Shown here piece by piece: positions 1 to 10,181 of a DNA stretch of 64,000 nt. The notes under the pieces are model-generated. The model searched no databases. It worked only from the letters and a program-made list of their open reading frames with translations, and was not told the origin of the DNA. Source of the DNA: Promethearchaeota archaeon (GTDB lineage Archaea > Asgardarchaeota > Heimdallarchaeia > Hodarchaeales > Hodarchaeaceae); NCBI GenBank assembly GCA_048938105.1, contig JBHLMN010000009.1, positions 96,001-160,000 on the forward strand, read 5' to 3'. Within the stretch, counting starts at the first letter, position 1; each line of letters starts with the position of its first letter. The position numbers and the translations under genes were made by a program.

Positions 1-19
1 AAATCTAAAGGAGACAAAA

Positions 20-661
20 ATGAATAAGGTCGTAGAAAAAGTTACTGCATTTATTACACGAAATAAAAAGGAGAAAAATGAGCTTCTTTTATTCATACAT
101 CCTAATGCAGGAATCCAAATTCCAGCGGGTACTGTTGAGAAAGGAGAAACCGTAAAAGAAGCTCTAATGAGGGAGGTTACGGAGGAGACAGGACTAAAAA
201 AAATTTCAATCAGGAATTATATTGGTTTCAAAGACCGTAAATTACCAAAAAATCAATTTTTTATATCAGAAAAAACCAAGGTATATTCACGCCCAACTTC
301 TAACAGCTTTGATTGGGCTGAACTCAGAAAAGGAATTACTGTTACATCTAATCGTACTTTAGATGATTATACACAAATAACTTTTAGAGAATATGATAGA
401 TATCCAGATCAGAACTATATAACATATCAAATTACAGGTTGGATATTGACTACAAATCTTTCAAAAAAAATGAGAAGACATTTTTTTCATATTGTAATCA
501 ATGAAGAAGCTCAGGATGAATGGGAAATCTTCGCAGACAACCATCTATTTAGAGTTTTCTGGTCTCCATTTATGAATCTACCAGATATTATTGCTCCACA
601 TCGTCATTGGCTTAAATATGTACAATATGAATTGAAATACAGTTTTGATGATCTAGCTTAG
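20..661 (+). CDS. NUDIX hydrolase with probable SH3-like insertion
   Basis: Nudix box GTVEKGETVKEALMREVTEETGL; RHFFH and FW motifs after a ~70-aa insert. Confidence 0.85.
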   Translation: MNKVVEKVTAFITRNKKEKNELLLFIHPNAGIQIPAGTVEKGETVKEALMREVTEETGLKKISIRNYIGFKDRKLPKNQFFISEKTKVYSRPTSNSFDWAELRKGITVTSNRTLDDYTQITFREYDRYPDQNYITYQITGWILTTNLSKKMRRHFFHIVINEEAQDEWEIFADNHLFRVFWSPFMNLPDIIAPHRHWLKYVQYELKYSFDDLA

Positions 662-691
662 TTTGTGTTGAATTAGAAACCTATCTAATGT

Positions 692-1024
692 TCATCCCTC
701 AATTCTTTCCACTTTGAATATAACGGGTCGAAACCAATCTGTGCAGCCAGTTATTACTGTTCCACGTTGTTTCAAACCAGGCATGTCACTCCCAAGTGCA
801 ATCATCAGTATATCTTTCCTAATGTCTGCCCAAGCCCAAGCACAAAAATCATTTGGTGGTCTAGAAACAGCGTCTCCTTCTAGTACAAACTCTTGATTAT
901 CTTTGAATTTGTCACAAGGTTTCATGTGGCTCCTATATTGTTCATCAATATATTCATCAATCAAATCTTGATTGATTGTTCTCTTTAATACAGTGATTTT
1001 ACATTTAGATATTTCTGAAGTCAT
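692..1024 (-). CDS. TIGR04076-family Cys-containing protein
   Basis: KITVLK...PC..F...FCAWAW...CTDWFRPVIFKVERIE family signature. Confidence 0.85.
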   Translation of the reverse strand: MTSEISKCKITVLKRTINQDLIDEYIDEQYRSHMKPCDKFKDNQEFVLEGDAVSRPPNDFCAWAWADIRKDILMIALGSDMPGLKQRGTVITGCTDWFRPVIFKVERIEG

Positions 1025-1045
1025 TAGACATCCTCCATTTAGCTA

Positions 1046-1456
1046 CTATCCCTCAATTCTCCCTCTTTCTATGTCAGTTGGGAATATTTTGTTAATAATG
1101 AGCCATTTGTCTCGAATTTTTAACATATGAAAAAAATCAATATATCTTTCGGTAATTTTATTGTCAATTCTAAATTCAAAATCAATTATCACTGACGCAG
1201 CATTACCAAGGATATTTAGAGCTTTAATAGTATAATTAGCAGTTGATGATTCAAAATCCTCACCTTCAGCTTGTGCTTTTTCAGCCATTTCTTTCCAATG
1301 ATCTCTGTACACATATTGAACTTCTCCCTTTACAGAACCACAACTGAGACCTTTCTCGAAAAATATTTCACTAATCTTATCATAATCTAACAGTCTAAGC
1401 CCCTCAACAAATTTGTTAAGAGATTTTTGAATATTTTCAACTTCTGAAATCTTCAT
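1046..1456 (-). CDS. NTF2-like / putative lumazine-binding (SnoaL-like) protein
   Basis: N-terminal helix then GNAASV...YIDFFHMLKIRDKWLIINK beta-strand pattern. Confidence 0.75.
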   Translation of the reverse strand: MKISEVENIQKSLNKFVEGLRLLDYDKISEIFFEKGLSCGSVKGEVQYVYRDHWKEMAEKAQAEGEDFESSTANYTIKALNILGNAASVIIDFEFRIDNKITERYIDFFHMLKIRDKWLIINKIFPTDIERGRIEG

Positions 1457-1925
1457 GTATATTCATACCCATAAAAAATATTACACCAATGGAAAAAAGC
1501 TGTAACTTCGCATTCCTAACTTCAACACCTTTCAAAGGATTTTAAAGGATAACGATGAAAGCAAACTGGAAAACTTTTTTGTTACCTTAAAAAATAAAAG
1601 CTATTATCTATATAAATCCTTTTTAAACCTGAATTCTTTGATAAATTCTCGTTTTATAGGAATATTCTACATTGTATTGAAAATTAGAAATAAAATATTT
1701 AATATTGACGATTTTCTTTATTTTTACCTCATTAACAAAGTATTTAAGGATACGGGAACATTCAGTTAATAACTGAATAGTATGTTCAACACAAAGCTTC
1801 CTCTTAAGTCAAATTTCTATGAGAATCGAGTTACTTGGTTTATTATTAGAAAAATATCCCATTAAATAATTATATCATATGAATAGAATGGCAAAAAGCT
1901 CATTTTCCATTATCAGGGAATTAAT

Positions 1926-2765
1926 ATGACTGATATAGAATTTCATAAAATAACTGATCATAGTATCGCAGCAATCTCGGAGGATTCAATATCAGGAGCA
2001 ATTTCTTTAGATAACTTTATTTTAGTAATTGATTCTACATTATTTCCGTTTACTGGCAGATTATTACGTAATCAAGTTAATGAAATTTTCAAACTACCAG
2101 TGAGGTTTCTTTTTTTAACTCATTATCATGGTGATCATTTCTGGGGAGTTAAATCCTTTAATGATGTAAGTATTCTTGGATCGGAACCAATTATTGAGAA
2201 TATTAAAGCTGAGAGAGAAATTCAACCAGCCAGATTCGATGAATGGAAAAGGGAAACCCCTAAAAAAGCTCATTTAATAGACGAAATTGATACTTCTTTT
2301 CTTCCTCATATAGTTTTTACAAAAGAGATAGAGATTTGTGATGGAGATATAATTGTTGAGCTTAACCATTGCGGGGGACATACATCCTGTTCATCATATG
2401 CCTATTTTCCTTATGAAAAGGTATTATTTGCTGGAGACTTAATATTTTCCAAACAGTGGCCTTGGGCTGGGGATCCAACTTGTAATCCTGATCATTGGAT
2501 CAATGCTCTCCAAAAAATGATTAACCTTGATATTGAATATCTTATCCCTGGACACGGACCAATAACATCTAAGAAAGAAGTGGAAGTACACTTGAACTTC
2601 CAAAAGATGTTGAAAGAAGAAATAATAGATACTCTTGAAAAAGGGGAAGAAATTGATAACGTCAAGATCCCTACTTTTTACCATGACAACACACCTGGAG
2701 AATGGGTGAAGAAAGATACACTCGAATGTTTTTACAACTTCTATAGTCGGCAATTCACAAAATAA
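1926..2765 (+). CDS. MBL-fold metallo-hydrolase
   Basis: THYHGDH, GGHT, AGDL, PGHG motifs. Confidence 0.9.
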   Translation: MTDIEFHKITDHSIAAISEDSISGAISLDNFILVIDSTLFPFTGRLLRNQVNEIFKLPVRFLFLTHYHGDHFWGVKSFNDVSILGSEPIIENIKAEREIQPARFDEWKRETPKKAHLIDEIDTSFLPHIVFTKEIEICDGDIIVELNHCGGHTSCSSYAYFPYEKVLFAGDLIFSKQWPWAGDPTCNPDHWINALQKMINLDIEYLIPGHGPITSKKEVEVHLNFQKMLKEEIIDTLEKGEEIDNVKIPTFYHDNTPGEWVKKDTLECFYNFYSRQFTK

Positions 2766-2807
2766 ATACATAAATATACAATAATCGTAGAGATAGGAGA
2801 TTTTCAG

Positions 2808-3116
2808 TTGACAACTATAAAAATAACAGTAATCAAAAAATTTAGCCCTGAAGAAATTTTTGGGCAGGAAATTATAAGACATTCAACAGGCAAAGCAATA
2901 CCTATTTGCAGCATGGAAGAAGGAAAGGAATATTTTGTAGAAAGTGAATATGAAATGCCTGATGATTTCTGTCCTCGTTTTTGGTATGATACTCATGATA
3001 TTATCACGATGTTCATCTGTGGTGGTGATTTCGAGTATCCAAAGCCAAATGTAACGTATGTTCCATGTAGAGACGGTGTAAGACCAGTTATATTTAAAAT
3101 AGAAAAAATTAATTAA
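2808..3116 (+). CDS. TIGR04076-family protein (second paralogue)
   Basis: KITVIK...C...PDDFCP...PCRDGVRPVIFKIEKI; TTG start preceded by GGAG. Confidence 0.8.
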   Translation: MTTIKITVIKKFSPEEIFGQEIIRHSTGKAIPICSMEEGKEYFVESEYEMPDDFCPRFWYDTHDIITMFICGGDFEYPKPNVTYVPCRDGVRPVIFKIEKIN

Positions 3117-3179
3117 GCTTCTATTTGGTAACACAAGTATAACGAATTAAAAACCTCTATTAACTGGAAGAGATATTGG

Positions 3180-3518
3180 ATGGCTAAAAATATGAACTCT
3201 TCTTTTTCTCAAAGAGTAAAAGATATTATCAAGAAGATCCCAACAGGTAAAGTTGCTACATATGGTCAAATTGCGACATATGCGGGCAATCCTCGTGCTT
3301 CACGTCAAGTGGCTTGGATATTACATTCCTCATCGCAAAAAGACAACCTTCCTTGGCATAGAGTAATTAACAGCAAGGGACGAATATCATTACCTCACAA
3401 TGGTGGTTATGAAATCCAAAAAGAACTATTAGAGAAAGAAGGCATTGTTTTTAGCGTAAACGACAAGATTGATTTTAACTTATATCTTTGGCAAATCTTC
3501 GAAAAACAGCAGATTTAA
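3180..3518 (+). CDS. Alkyltransferase-like protein (ATL, MGMT family, non-catalytic)
   Basis: IPTGKVATYGQIA..AG.PRASRQV and PWHRV (Trp in place of the catalytic Cys of PCHRV). Confidence 0.9.
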   Translation: MAKNMNSSFSQRVKDIIKKIPTGKVATYGQIATYAGNPRASRQVAWILHSSSQKDNLPWHRVINSKGRISLPHNGGYEIQKELLEKEGIVFSVNDKIDFNLYLWQIFEKQQI

Positions 3519-3535
3519 TCTAATCACAAACCCCT

Positions 3536-4345
3536 TTAAGTTTGACTCATCAATTTATCCCGATTAAAGAGAGAGAGTGCGAGCTTGTAAGTTAAGATAT
3601 CAAATACTCCTAAGATAATGATACCTATTATTATCAACCAGATATTAATGAATATAATTAGGAGTTGGCCAGTGATTAGAAATAGTGCTGGTAACACGAA
3701 AAAACCTGTAAGCTGTTGAGCATCACGGGTAGATGAAACTCTGGAGCTAATCATAACAACGAATGTAGTAGTACCAAAACCGAGTAGGGGAGTGAAAAGA
3801 GTCATCACAAGAATGAATTGTAAGTTTGGAAGATAAAGTCTTCCCAAATGAGGGAATGTAATAATATCAACAATAAACGTATAGAGAATCCCCATGATTG
3901 AAGTTAAAATGAGTACAGGGATGAGAGTGGAGCTAATCTTCGCTAATAGAATTTCTGAGTCAGTTACAGGTAAGATTAACAATCCTTCTATCGTTTGCCT
4001 CTCTTTCTCACCAACAATTGTATCAGCACTAACAAAACTAGCAATCATAACAGGCACAAGAAGGAGGAATATCTGACCAAAAATTGCTGATATAATTAGC
4101 ATCTGAGCTCTTTCGGAAAGTTGATTCCAATCTGATGTTATTGGAGGTAATAATTCTGTAAATACATCAAATCCAACATTTGTGCTGCCCATAGGGGCAA
4201 AGTTCAAAGAAAGCATTAAAATAACTGGAACACCAAGTGCTAAAAGCAATGGTAAGAAAGTAGTTGACAAGAGTATCTGTTTTGATCGAAAAGCCTCGGC
4301 CCAATCTTTTTTTATCAACTCCCAAATCAGTTTAAGCTGCATCAT
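3536..4345 (-). CDS. ABC-2 type transporter permease
   Basis: About 6 TM helices; GEKERQTIEGLL..P motif; overlaps the ATPase gene. Confidence 0.9.
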   Translation of the reverse strand: MMQLKLIWELIKKDWAEAFRSKQILLSTTFLPLLLALGVPVILMLSLNFAPMGSTNVGFDVFTELLPPITSDWNQLSERAQMLIISAIFGQIFLLLVPVMIASFVSADTIVGEKERQTIEGLLILPVTDSEILLAKISSTLIPVLILTSIMGILYTFIVDIITFPHLGRLYLPNLQFILVMTLFTPLLGFGTTTFVVMISSRVSSTRDAQQLTGFFVLPALFLITGQLLIIFINIWLIIIGIIILGVFDILTYKLALSLFNRDKLMSQT

Positions 4346-5300
4346 GACTCAAACCACCGTTTGAAAAATCCATTATATGTTTGTAAATATCTTCGAGAGA
4401 TTTTTTAATTGGTCGTACTTCTAGTATAGAAGCGCCAGAATCAACAAGATTTTTAACGACTGTGGGAGTAGTATTATTTATATTATCTACATCTATTTCA
4501 ATTGAAATATCATCTTCTAGAATATGAGTAGAAATAACTCCATCGATGTCTGATATTAGTTTTTGATATTCTGACACTTTATTTTTGCATGTAATGACTA
4601 ATTTGGAGGTTTTTGAGACCTTGGATCTAAGTTCAGAGGTACTACCGATCGTTAATAATATTCCCTTATCTATCACACCAATTTTGGTTGCTAACTTCTC
4701 CGCTTCGGGTAAATTATGAGTTGTCAAAAAGATCGTCGTGTCGAGGTCAACGGCAGCCTGTTCTATCGTTTCTCTTACACTAGATTGAGCCAAAGGATCC
4801 AATCCCGCGGTTGGTTCATCTAGAAACATGATTGGAGGTGAGTGAATCATTGCACGCAAAATACCTAATTTCTGTTTCATTCCTTTACTATATGAACCTA
4901 CTGGAGAATCAAGCCTTTTAAGTAAATTAAACTGTTTTGCTAACTCATCGATTCGCTGGGCTGCTTCTTCATGAGTTAGGCCATACATTTTGGCAAAAAA
5001 TGTTAAATTCTTTCTCGCAGATAAACGTAAGTAGAGGTTAGGCCTATCAGTTAGTACACCCATATTTTTACGAAGCTCTTGTGGATTCTTTAATATATCA
5101 TGTCCATTAATTCTTGCAGAACCACTCGTTGGTATTAGAAGTGTTGTCAATAACCTGACAGTAGTTGTTTTTCCAGCTCCATTAGGTCCCAAGAAGGAAA
5201 ATATTTCCCCTTCTTTAATAGCAAAGGAAATCCGATTTACTGCAATTATATCAGGTGGAAAAACCTTGGTGAGGTTTTTGGCTTCTATTGCTATACCCAT
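4332..5300 (-). CDS. ABC transporter ATP-binding subunit
   Basis: Walker A GPNGAGKTT, signature YSKGM, Walker B FLDEPT, H-loop TTH. Confidence 0.95.
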   Translation of the reverse strand: MGIAIEAKNLTKVFPPDIIAVNRISFAIKEGEIFSFLGPNGAGKTTTVRLLTTLLIPTSGSARINGHDILKNPQELRKNMGVLTDRPNLYLRLSARKNLTFFAKMYGLTHEEAAQRIDELAKQFNLLKRLDSPVGSYSKGMKQKLGILRAMIHSPPIMFLDEPTAGLDPLAQSSVRETIEQAAVDLDTTIFLTTHNLPEAEKLATKIGVIDKGILLTIGSTSELRSKVSKTSKLVITCKNKVSEYQKLISDIDGVISTHILEDDISIEIDVDNINNTTPTVVKNLVDSGASILEVRPIKKSLEDIYKHIMDFSNGGLSHDAA

Positions 5301-5586
5301 TATTTTTACACCTCTTAGATTCTATTATTTCTATCTAATATAATACGAGAATCAATCATAACTGATAAATACCAGTATTATTACCATAAATACTATAATA
5401 AGACTATTTTATAAGTCTATTGCTTTTGAAATGTCCTGAAAATATGTAAAAAATCTTTTACCTTAAGGAAAAATATTTTTACAATGACTAAAGAGATTTT
5501 TACTGTATAAATTCTATAAGATATAGATTTAGTACTTAATCAACATCAAACAAATACATTTTTAACTAAAATTCTGGAGATATATA

Positions 5587-6066
5587 ATGCCACAATTAGC
5601 TAAGGGAGGCAAGTATGTTTATGGATGGTCTATTGTTCATCCAATTGGAAAAATATTAATACCAAAAGAAGCATATGACGAATACCGATTCAATGAGTTT
5701 GATAAAATTATTCTTTTGGCAGGAAATTCAACTTCAGGTGGGTTTGGTATAGCTAAGGTTAATCAACTTAAAAAAGGACCTTTTAAAGAGATATTGAATT
5801 TTCTAAATTACACTGAGGAGGAGGACTCCTTTAAAATCCCTGAATTAAAACTAATGAAATATAAAAATAAGAGATATTTTTGTTGGTCGAGATTAAAAAA
5901 AGATGGATATTTCATTCTCTCTCCAGAAATTCTCAACGTATATGGAGTGAAAATAGGAGAGAAAGTGCTTGTGGTAAAAGGTAGTGGTCGTGCACTTAGT
6001 TTTATCATCAGAGGGCCTATCATTAAGGCTGCAAGAATGCACCCCGAGTTAAAAATATTCAAATAG
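5587..6066 (+). CDS. Tandem AbrB/MraZ-like swapped-hairpin protein
   Basis: Two repeats: GKILIPKEAYDEYRF...IILL and GYFILSPEILNVYGVKIGEKVLVV. Confidence 0.55.
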   Translation: MPQLAKGGKYVYGWSIVHPIGKILIPKEAYDEYRFNEFDKIILLAGNSTSGGFGIAKVNQLKKGPFKEILNFLNYTEEEDSFKIPELKLMKYKNKRYFCWSRLKKDGYFILSPEILNVYGVKIGEKVLVVKGSGRALSFIIRGPIIKAARMHPELKIFK

Positions 6067-6138
6067 GAAAACAGTGTTGAGTTTGCAGATCGTCTAAGAT
6101 GAAGTTAGATACTTGGTTCGCGAATTTGAGGGTAAAAG

Positions 6139-6615
6139 ATGGAAGAAAAAGATAACAATAACCAAAAAAAAGTGGGAATAGGTGAGATTACTAGTAACTT
6201 CCAAGTATCTATACCACCAGAAGTGCGAAAAAAGCTAAAACTGAAAGTAGGGGATTGTTTAACTTTTGTGGAGAAGAATAAAGATATAATTATATCAAAA
6301 GCAACAGAAATAAGTCAACTAGATGACTTAATTCAGAATTTAGTTACTATCGCTCTCCAAGATGGTGAAATCACTAAAGAGGAAAAAAAGATGATTAAAT
6401 CCATATATGAGAATATAGCTAATTTTAAACAAGCCTATAGAAAAGCCTGGGAAGATGAAATAATAACACCAGAAGAAAAAAGTTTATTAACTCATTTATG
6501 GAAAAGAATTTATGATAAAACAGCTGAGAGTATCCAAAAAGATAAAAGAATCACATTAGACGAAATGAAATTATTGATGAGCGTTTTTAGAACAATTTAT
6601 CACCCAGAGATGTAA
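6139..6615 (+). CDS. AbrB/MazE/SpoVT DNA-binding domain fused to TerB/EF-hand-like helical repeats
   Basis: ITSNFQVSIPPEVRKKLKLKVGD, then DGEITKEE, DEIITPEE, DKRITLDE. Confidence 0.75.
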   Translation: MEEKDNNNQKKVGIGEITSNFQVSIPPEVRKKLKLKVGDCLTFVEKNKDIIISKATEISQLDDLIQNLVTIALQDGEITKEEKKMIKSIYENIANFKQAYRKAWEDEIITPEEKSLLTHLWKRIYDKTAESIQKDKRITLDEMKLLMSVFRTIYHPEM

Positions 6616-6691
6616 ATAATGGGAGTGGAGATAATGAAGAATACAGAGATCAATCTATAGAAGACTAAATTAACCATAGGAGAAGCAACTA

Positions 6692-7246
6692 ATGACTTTA
6701 TTTATACAGACTGTAGAAGAAATCATTGCACATCTAAAAGAATATCTTGCGTCATCCACAGTTGAAAAGGAACTGAAAAAATCAATTGAAATTTTACTAG
6801 GAGCGGAGAAAATCTTTATTTTTGGCGCAGGCCGTTCAGGAATGGTTGGAAGGATGTTTGCTCAAAGATTAATGCATTTAGGATTCCCTTCCTACTATTT
6901 ATCAGAGACAATAACCCCAAGATTCACATCTAAAGATTGTTTAGTTGTCATAAGTGGTTCTGGTGAAACAATTTCTCCTATTTCGATATCTAAAGGTGCA
7001 AAGGAAATTGGGGGAAACATCATTGCACTGACAGCTAATCCTCTTTCAACCATTGGTAAGATTGCTGACCAAATTATCAATGTGAAAGGCCAGACTAAGG
7101 ATGTAAAACAAGAAGCTTTAGCTCCCTTCACTTCATTATTTGATATTACTGCTTTGGTTGTTCTTGATGCAATGACACGGGTAATCATGAACAAAATCGG
7201 AAAAACGGAAGCAGATATTCATAAGACACATGCAACGCTAGAATAA
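6692..7246 (+). CDS. hxlB: 6-phospho-3-hexuloisomerase-like SIS-domain sugar isomerase
   Basis: GAGRSG, FAQRLMHLG, ISGSGET, C-terminal HATLE. Confidence 0.88.
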   Translation: MTLFIQTVEEIIAHLKEYLASSTVEKELKKSIEILLGAEKIFIFGAGRSGMVGRMFAQRLMHLGFPSYYLSETITPRFTSKDCLVVISGSGETISPISISKGAKEIGGNIIALTANPLSTIGKIADQIINVKGQTKDVKQEALAPFTSLFDITALVVLDAMTRVIMNKIGKTEADIHKTHATLE

Positions 7247-7251
7247 ATCAG

Positions 7252-8220
7252 ATGATCTACATGGGAATAAAAAACACAAAAGAAGGTGAGATTGACGTCT
7301 TAGGTCTTGGGGAAATTGTAATAGATCTATTATTGAAAATTCCTCGATTTCCAAAACCAGATGAAAAGCTCTATATCATTAGCAGCCAAAAGCAAGCAGG
7401 AGGAGTGACAGCTAATTTTTGTGTGGGGGTCGCTCGTCAAGGATTACGAGTCGCTTTCTTCGGTGGAGTGGGAGATGATGATGAAGGGGTGTTTCTGAGA
7501 AAAACATTACAAAAAGAAATCGTTGAGGATAAATATCTCTTCACACTGAAATTCAAAACGACCCCTGTTAACATCGTTATGATAACAGATGATGGAGAAA
7601 AATCTATCTTACAATCAGAACACATGCGATTAACACTTCCTCCAAAAGAGTTGATCACTGAAGAAGTAATACGAGAGGTACGTCACATACATTTAACTGC
7701 TATTAATTACGAAACAGCTTTGAAAACAGTGAAATTAGCTAAAGAACTAGGATTAACCACTAGCTTAGATCTAGAGTCTCAAGTAGTTCACGAATATTCA
7801 AAACAAATACCACAATTATTAGCTTACATTGATTTCCTTCTTCCCAATAAAGGAGGAGCTTACGAGCTTACTCAGACAATAAATCCCCGAATGGCATCAA
7901 GAAAGCTATTGGAATATGGCCCAAAAGCTGTATTACTAACATTAGGTTCAGAGGGAATCCTATTATCTACAAATGAGGAACAAAGATTATTTCCAGCATT
8001 TAAAATTGATAATGTGATCGATACAACTGGCGCAGGGGATGCTTTCAATGCTGGTTTTATTTCATCCTTCTTAGAAGATAAATCATTAGCTGAGTGCATC
8101 AGAAGAGGGCAAGCAACTTCAGCAATAAAAATTCAAGGACTAGGAGCCCAAACTCCCCTCCCTTCAAAACAGGAAGTAAATGAATTCTTGCGAAATTTTA
8201 ACCATGATTCAAGTATCTAG
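7252..8220 (+). CDS. PfkB/ribokinase-family carbohydrate kinase
   Basis: GGVTAN, GVGDD, DTTGAGDAF. Confidence 0.92.
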   Translation: MIYMGIKNTKEGEIDVLGLGEIVIDLLLKIPRFPKPDEKLYIISSQKQAGGVTANFCVGVARQGLRVAFFGGVGDDDEGVFLRKTLQKEIVEDKYLFTLKFKTTPVNIVMITDDGEKSILQSEHMRLTLPPKELITEEVIREVRHIHLTAINYETALKTVKLAKELGLTTSLDLESQVVHEYSKQIPQLLAYIDFLLPNKGGAYELTQTINPRMASRKLLEYGPKAVLLTLGSEGILLSTNEEQRLFPAFKIDNVIDTTGAGDAFNAGFISSFLEDKSLAECIRRGQATSAIKIQGLGAQTPLPSKQEVNEFLRNFNHDSSI

Positions 8221-8397
8221 ATCTTTGTTATTTCGTTGGTCTAGATTTAAACATTTTTTAAGAAAAAAAATATCATTACTAAAGAATATGTTCAATTTAT
8301 TCAATTTTTACACCCTTTAGAAACAGTACCAGAGGAAGCTATTTAAGTAAAGGGGATAAGAAACGGAAAATACTAAAATTACCGAGAATGATGGAAA

Positions 8398-10143
8398 ATG
8401 GAAGAACAGATATGGCATAAATTTAAATGGCCTAAGACAGTAAAAAAATCCTTAGAACCCTATCCCAATGAACTCCTTCACAAAATACTTGAAGACACTG
8501 CGGCAAAAAGTGGTGATTTACCGTATTTAAAATTTATGGGAACAACAACGACCTTTGCAGAAACAAATACGATGGCAAATCAGGTTGCAAATTATCTTAT
8601 AAGCAAAGGAATAAAAAAAGGGGATAAAGTGGCAATATTCTTACCTAATACACCGCATTACCCAATAGTCTTTTTCGGCATCTTGAAAGCAGGAGCTACA
8701 TGTGTTACATGCAATCCCACATATACTGCGGATGAGTTAAACTATCAACTTAAGGATTCAGAAGCAGTCATGGTCTTTGCTTTTGATCATGAGAGATTTG
8801 GTCCTTCAACTTACAAAGCGATTAAAGGAACGCAAGTTAAACACGTGGTCATTTGCCAGACAAAGGATTTTCTTCCTAAGTTAAAAGCGATAATTGGAGG
8901 ATTACTAGGAAAAGTACCCAAGAGTCCTTTTTATGAAGAAGCAATCACCTCCTTTTTCTCCGAAATTCTGGTTTATGAGCCAATAAAGCCAAATGTGGAA
9001 GTAAACCCCGATGAAGACTTGGCTATGCTTATTTATACTGGTGGCACCACAGGCTTACCTAAAGGAGTAATGTTATCGCATAAGAATATTTATTCAAACG
9101 TTTTACAAATCAATGAATATGTTAGGATAGATCCAGAGGAGACTGGGGAATCCCAACCTTTTCGTTATGGAAAAGAAGTCTTCATTGGTGCTCTTCCATG
9201 GTATCATTCGTATGGACTTACTCTTACAATGATTGGAGGAGCCTATATCGCTGCGACGGTAATTCCTATCCCTGATCCTCGTGCCGGTAAACCTCCGCTT
9301 TCAGTAATCCTAGAAGCGATTAATGACTACAGAGGAACTGTCCTCCATGCTGTCCCAACGATTTATTCAGCAATTGTTAACCATCCGAATGTTGAAAAAT
9401 ACGATCTCACTTCAATTATCGGTTGTGGTTCAGGAGCAGCTCCGTTGGCACCAGAGTTAGCCAAAGATTTTGAAAGAATAACTGGGAGCTGGATCGTAGA
9501 GGGATATGGACTTTCAGAAACATCACCAACGACGCATATGAATCCAACAAACAAAATTCAAAGGAAGTTTGGTACAGTTGGACTCCCTATGCCTGATACT
9601 TATGTTAAAATTGTGGATTTAGAAACAGGATTAAAAGAATTACCTCAAGGGGAAGATGGAGAAATAGCTGTCTCTGGTCCGCAAGTTATGAAAGGATATT
9701 GGAAGAAAAAAGATGCAACAGCAGAAGTATTTCGAGAAATTGATGGTCGAAATTACTTCCTGACTGGAGATATTGGATTTCTTGATGAAGAGGGATTCAC
9801 TGTCATAACAGATCGGAAAAAGGATATGATTATTGTTGGTGGACTGAAAGCTTACCCTAGAGAAATCGAAGATATCTTATATGAAAACCCAAAGGTCAAG
9901 CTTGCTGCTGTTATCGGCCTACCAGATGAAGAGAAACCAGGTAATGAATATGTTGCTGCTTATCTTGTATTGAAGGAAGGGGAAACAGCAACAGAAAATG
10001 AAATTATTGATTGGTGTCGAGAACGAATGGCGGGGTATAAACGCCCCAGAAAAGTTGAGTTCCGTGAAGATCTGCCTTTAAGCACAGTTGGAAAGGTCTT
10101 ACGTCGTGTGATTAAAGAAGAAGAATTAGTAGGTAAGGAATAG
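8398..10143 (+). CDS. Long-chain fatty-acid--CoA ligase (AMP-forming)
   Basis: YTGGTTGLPKG, GYGLSE, TGD, DRKKD, GKVLRR. Confidence 0.93.
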   Translation: MEEQIWHKFKWPKTVKKSLEPYPNELLHKILEDTAAKSGDLPYLKFMGTTTTFAETNTMANQVANYLISKGIKKGDKVAIFLPNTPHYPIVFFGILKAGATCVTCNPTYTADELNYQLKDSEAVMVFAFDHERFGPSTYKAIKGTQVKHVVICQTKDFLPKLKAIIGGLLGKVPKSPFYEEAITSFFSEILVYEPIKPNVEVNPDEDLAMLIYTGGTTGLPKGVMLSHKNIYSNVLQINEYVRIDPEETGESQPFRYGKEVFIGALPWYHSYGLTLTMIGGAYIAATVIPIPDPRAGKPPLSVILEAINDYRGTVLHAVPTIYSAIVNHPNVEKYDLTSIIGCGSGAAPLAPELAKDFERITGSWIVEGYGLSETSPTTHMNPTNKIQRKFGTVGLPMPDTYVKIVDLETGLKELPQGEDGEIAVSGPQVMKGYWKKKDATAEVFREIDGRNYFLTGDIGFLDEEGFTVITDRKKDMIIVGGLKAYPREIEDILYENPKVKLAAVIGLPDEEKPGNEYVAAYLVLKEGETATENEIIDWCRERMAGYKRPRKVEFREDLPLSTVGKVLRRVIKEEELVGKE

Positions 10144-10154
10144 TTCCTCTTAAT

Positions 10155-10166
10155 CCCTTTTTTTTC
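10155..10166 (+). terminator. Oligo-T archaeal terminator candidate
   Basis: CCCTTTTTTTTC just after the acyl-CoA ligase stop, between convergent genes. Confidence 0.45.
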
Positions 10167-10181
10167 TAAGTTTTATGGGGA

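Noticed and set aside
3180-3518. Active O6-methylguanine methyltransferase (ogt)
   Set aside because: The active-site Cys is replaced by Trp (PWHRV); this is the known ATL class, neither an active Ogt nor a novelty.
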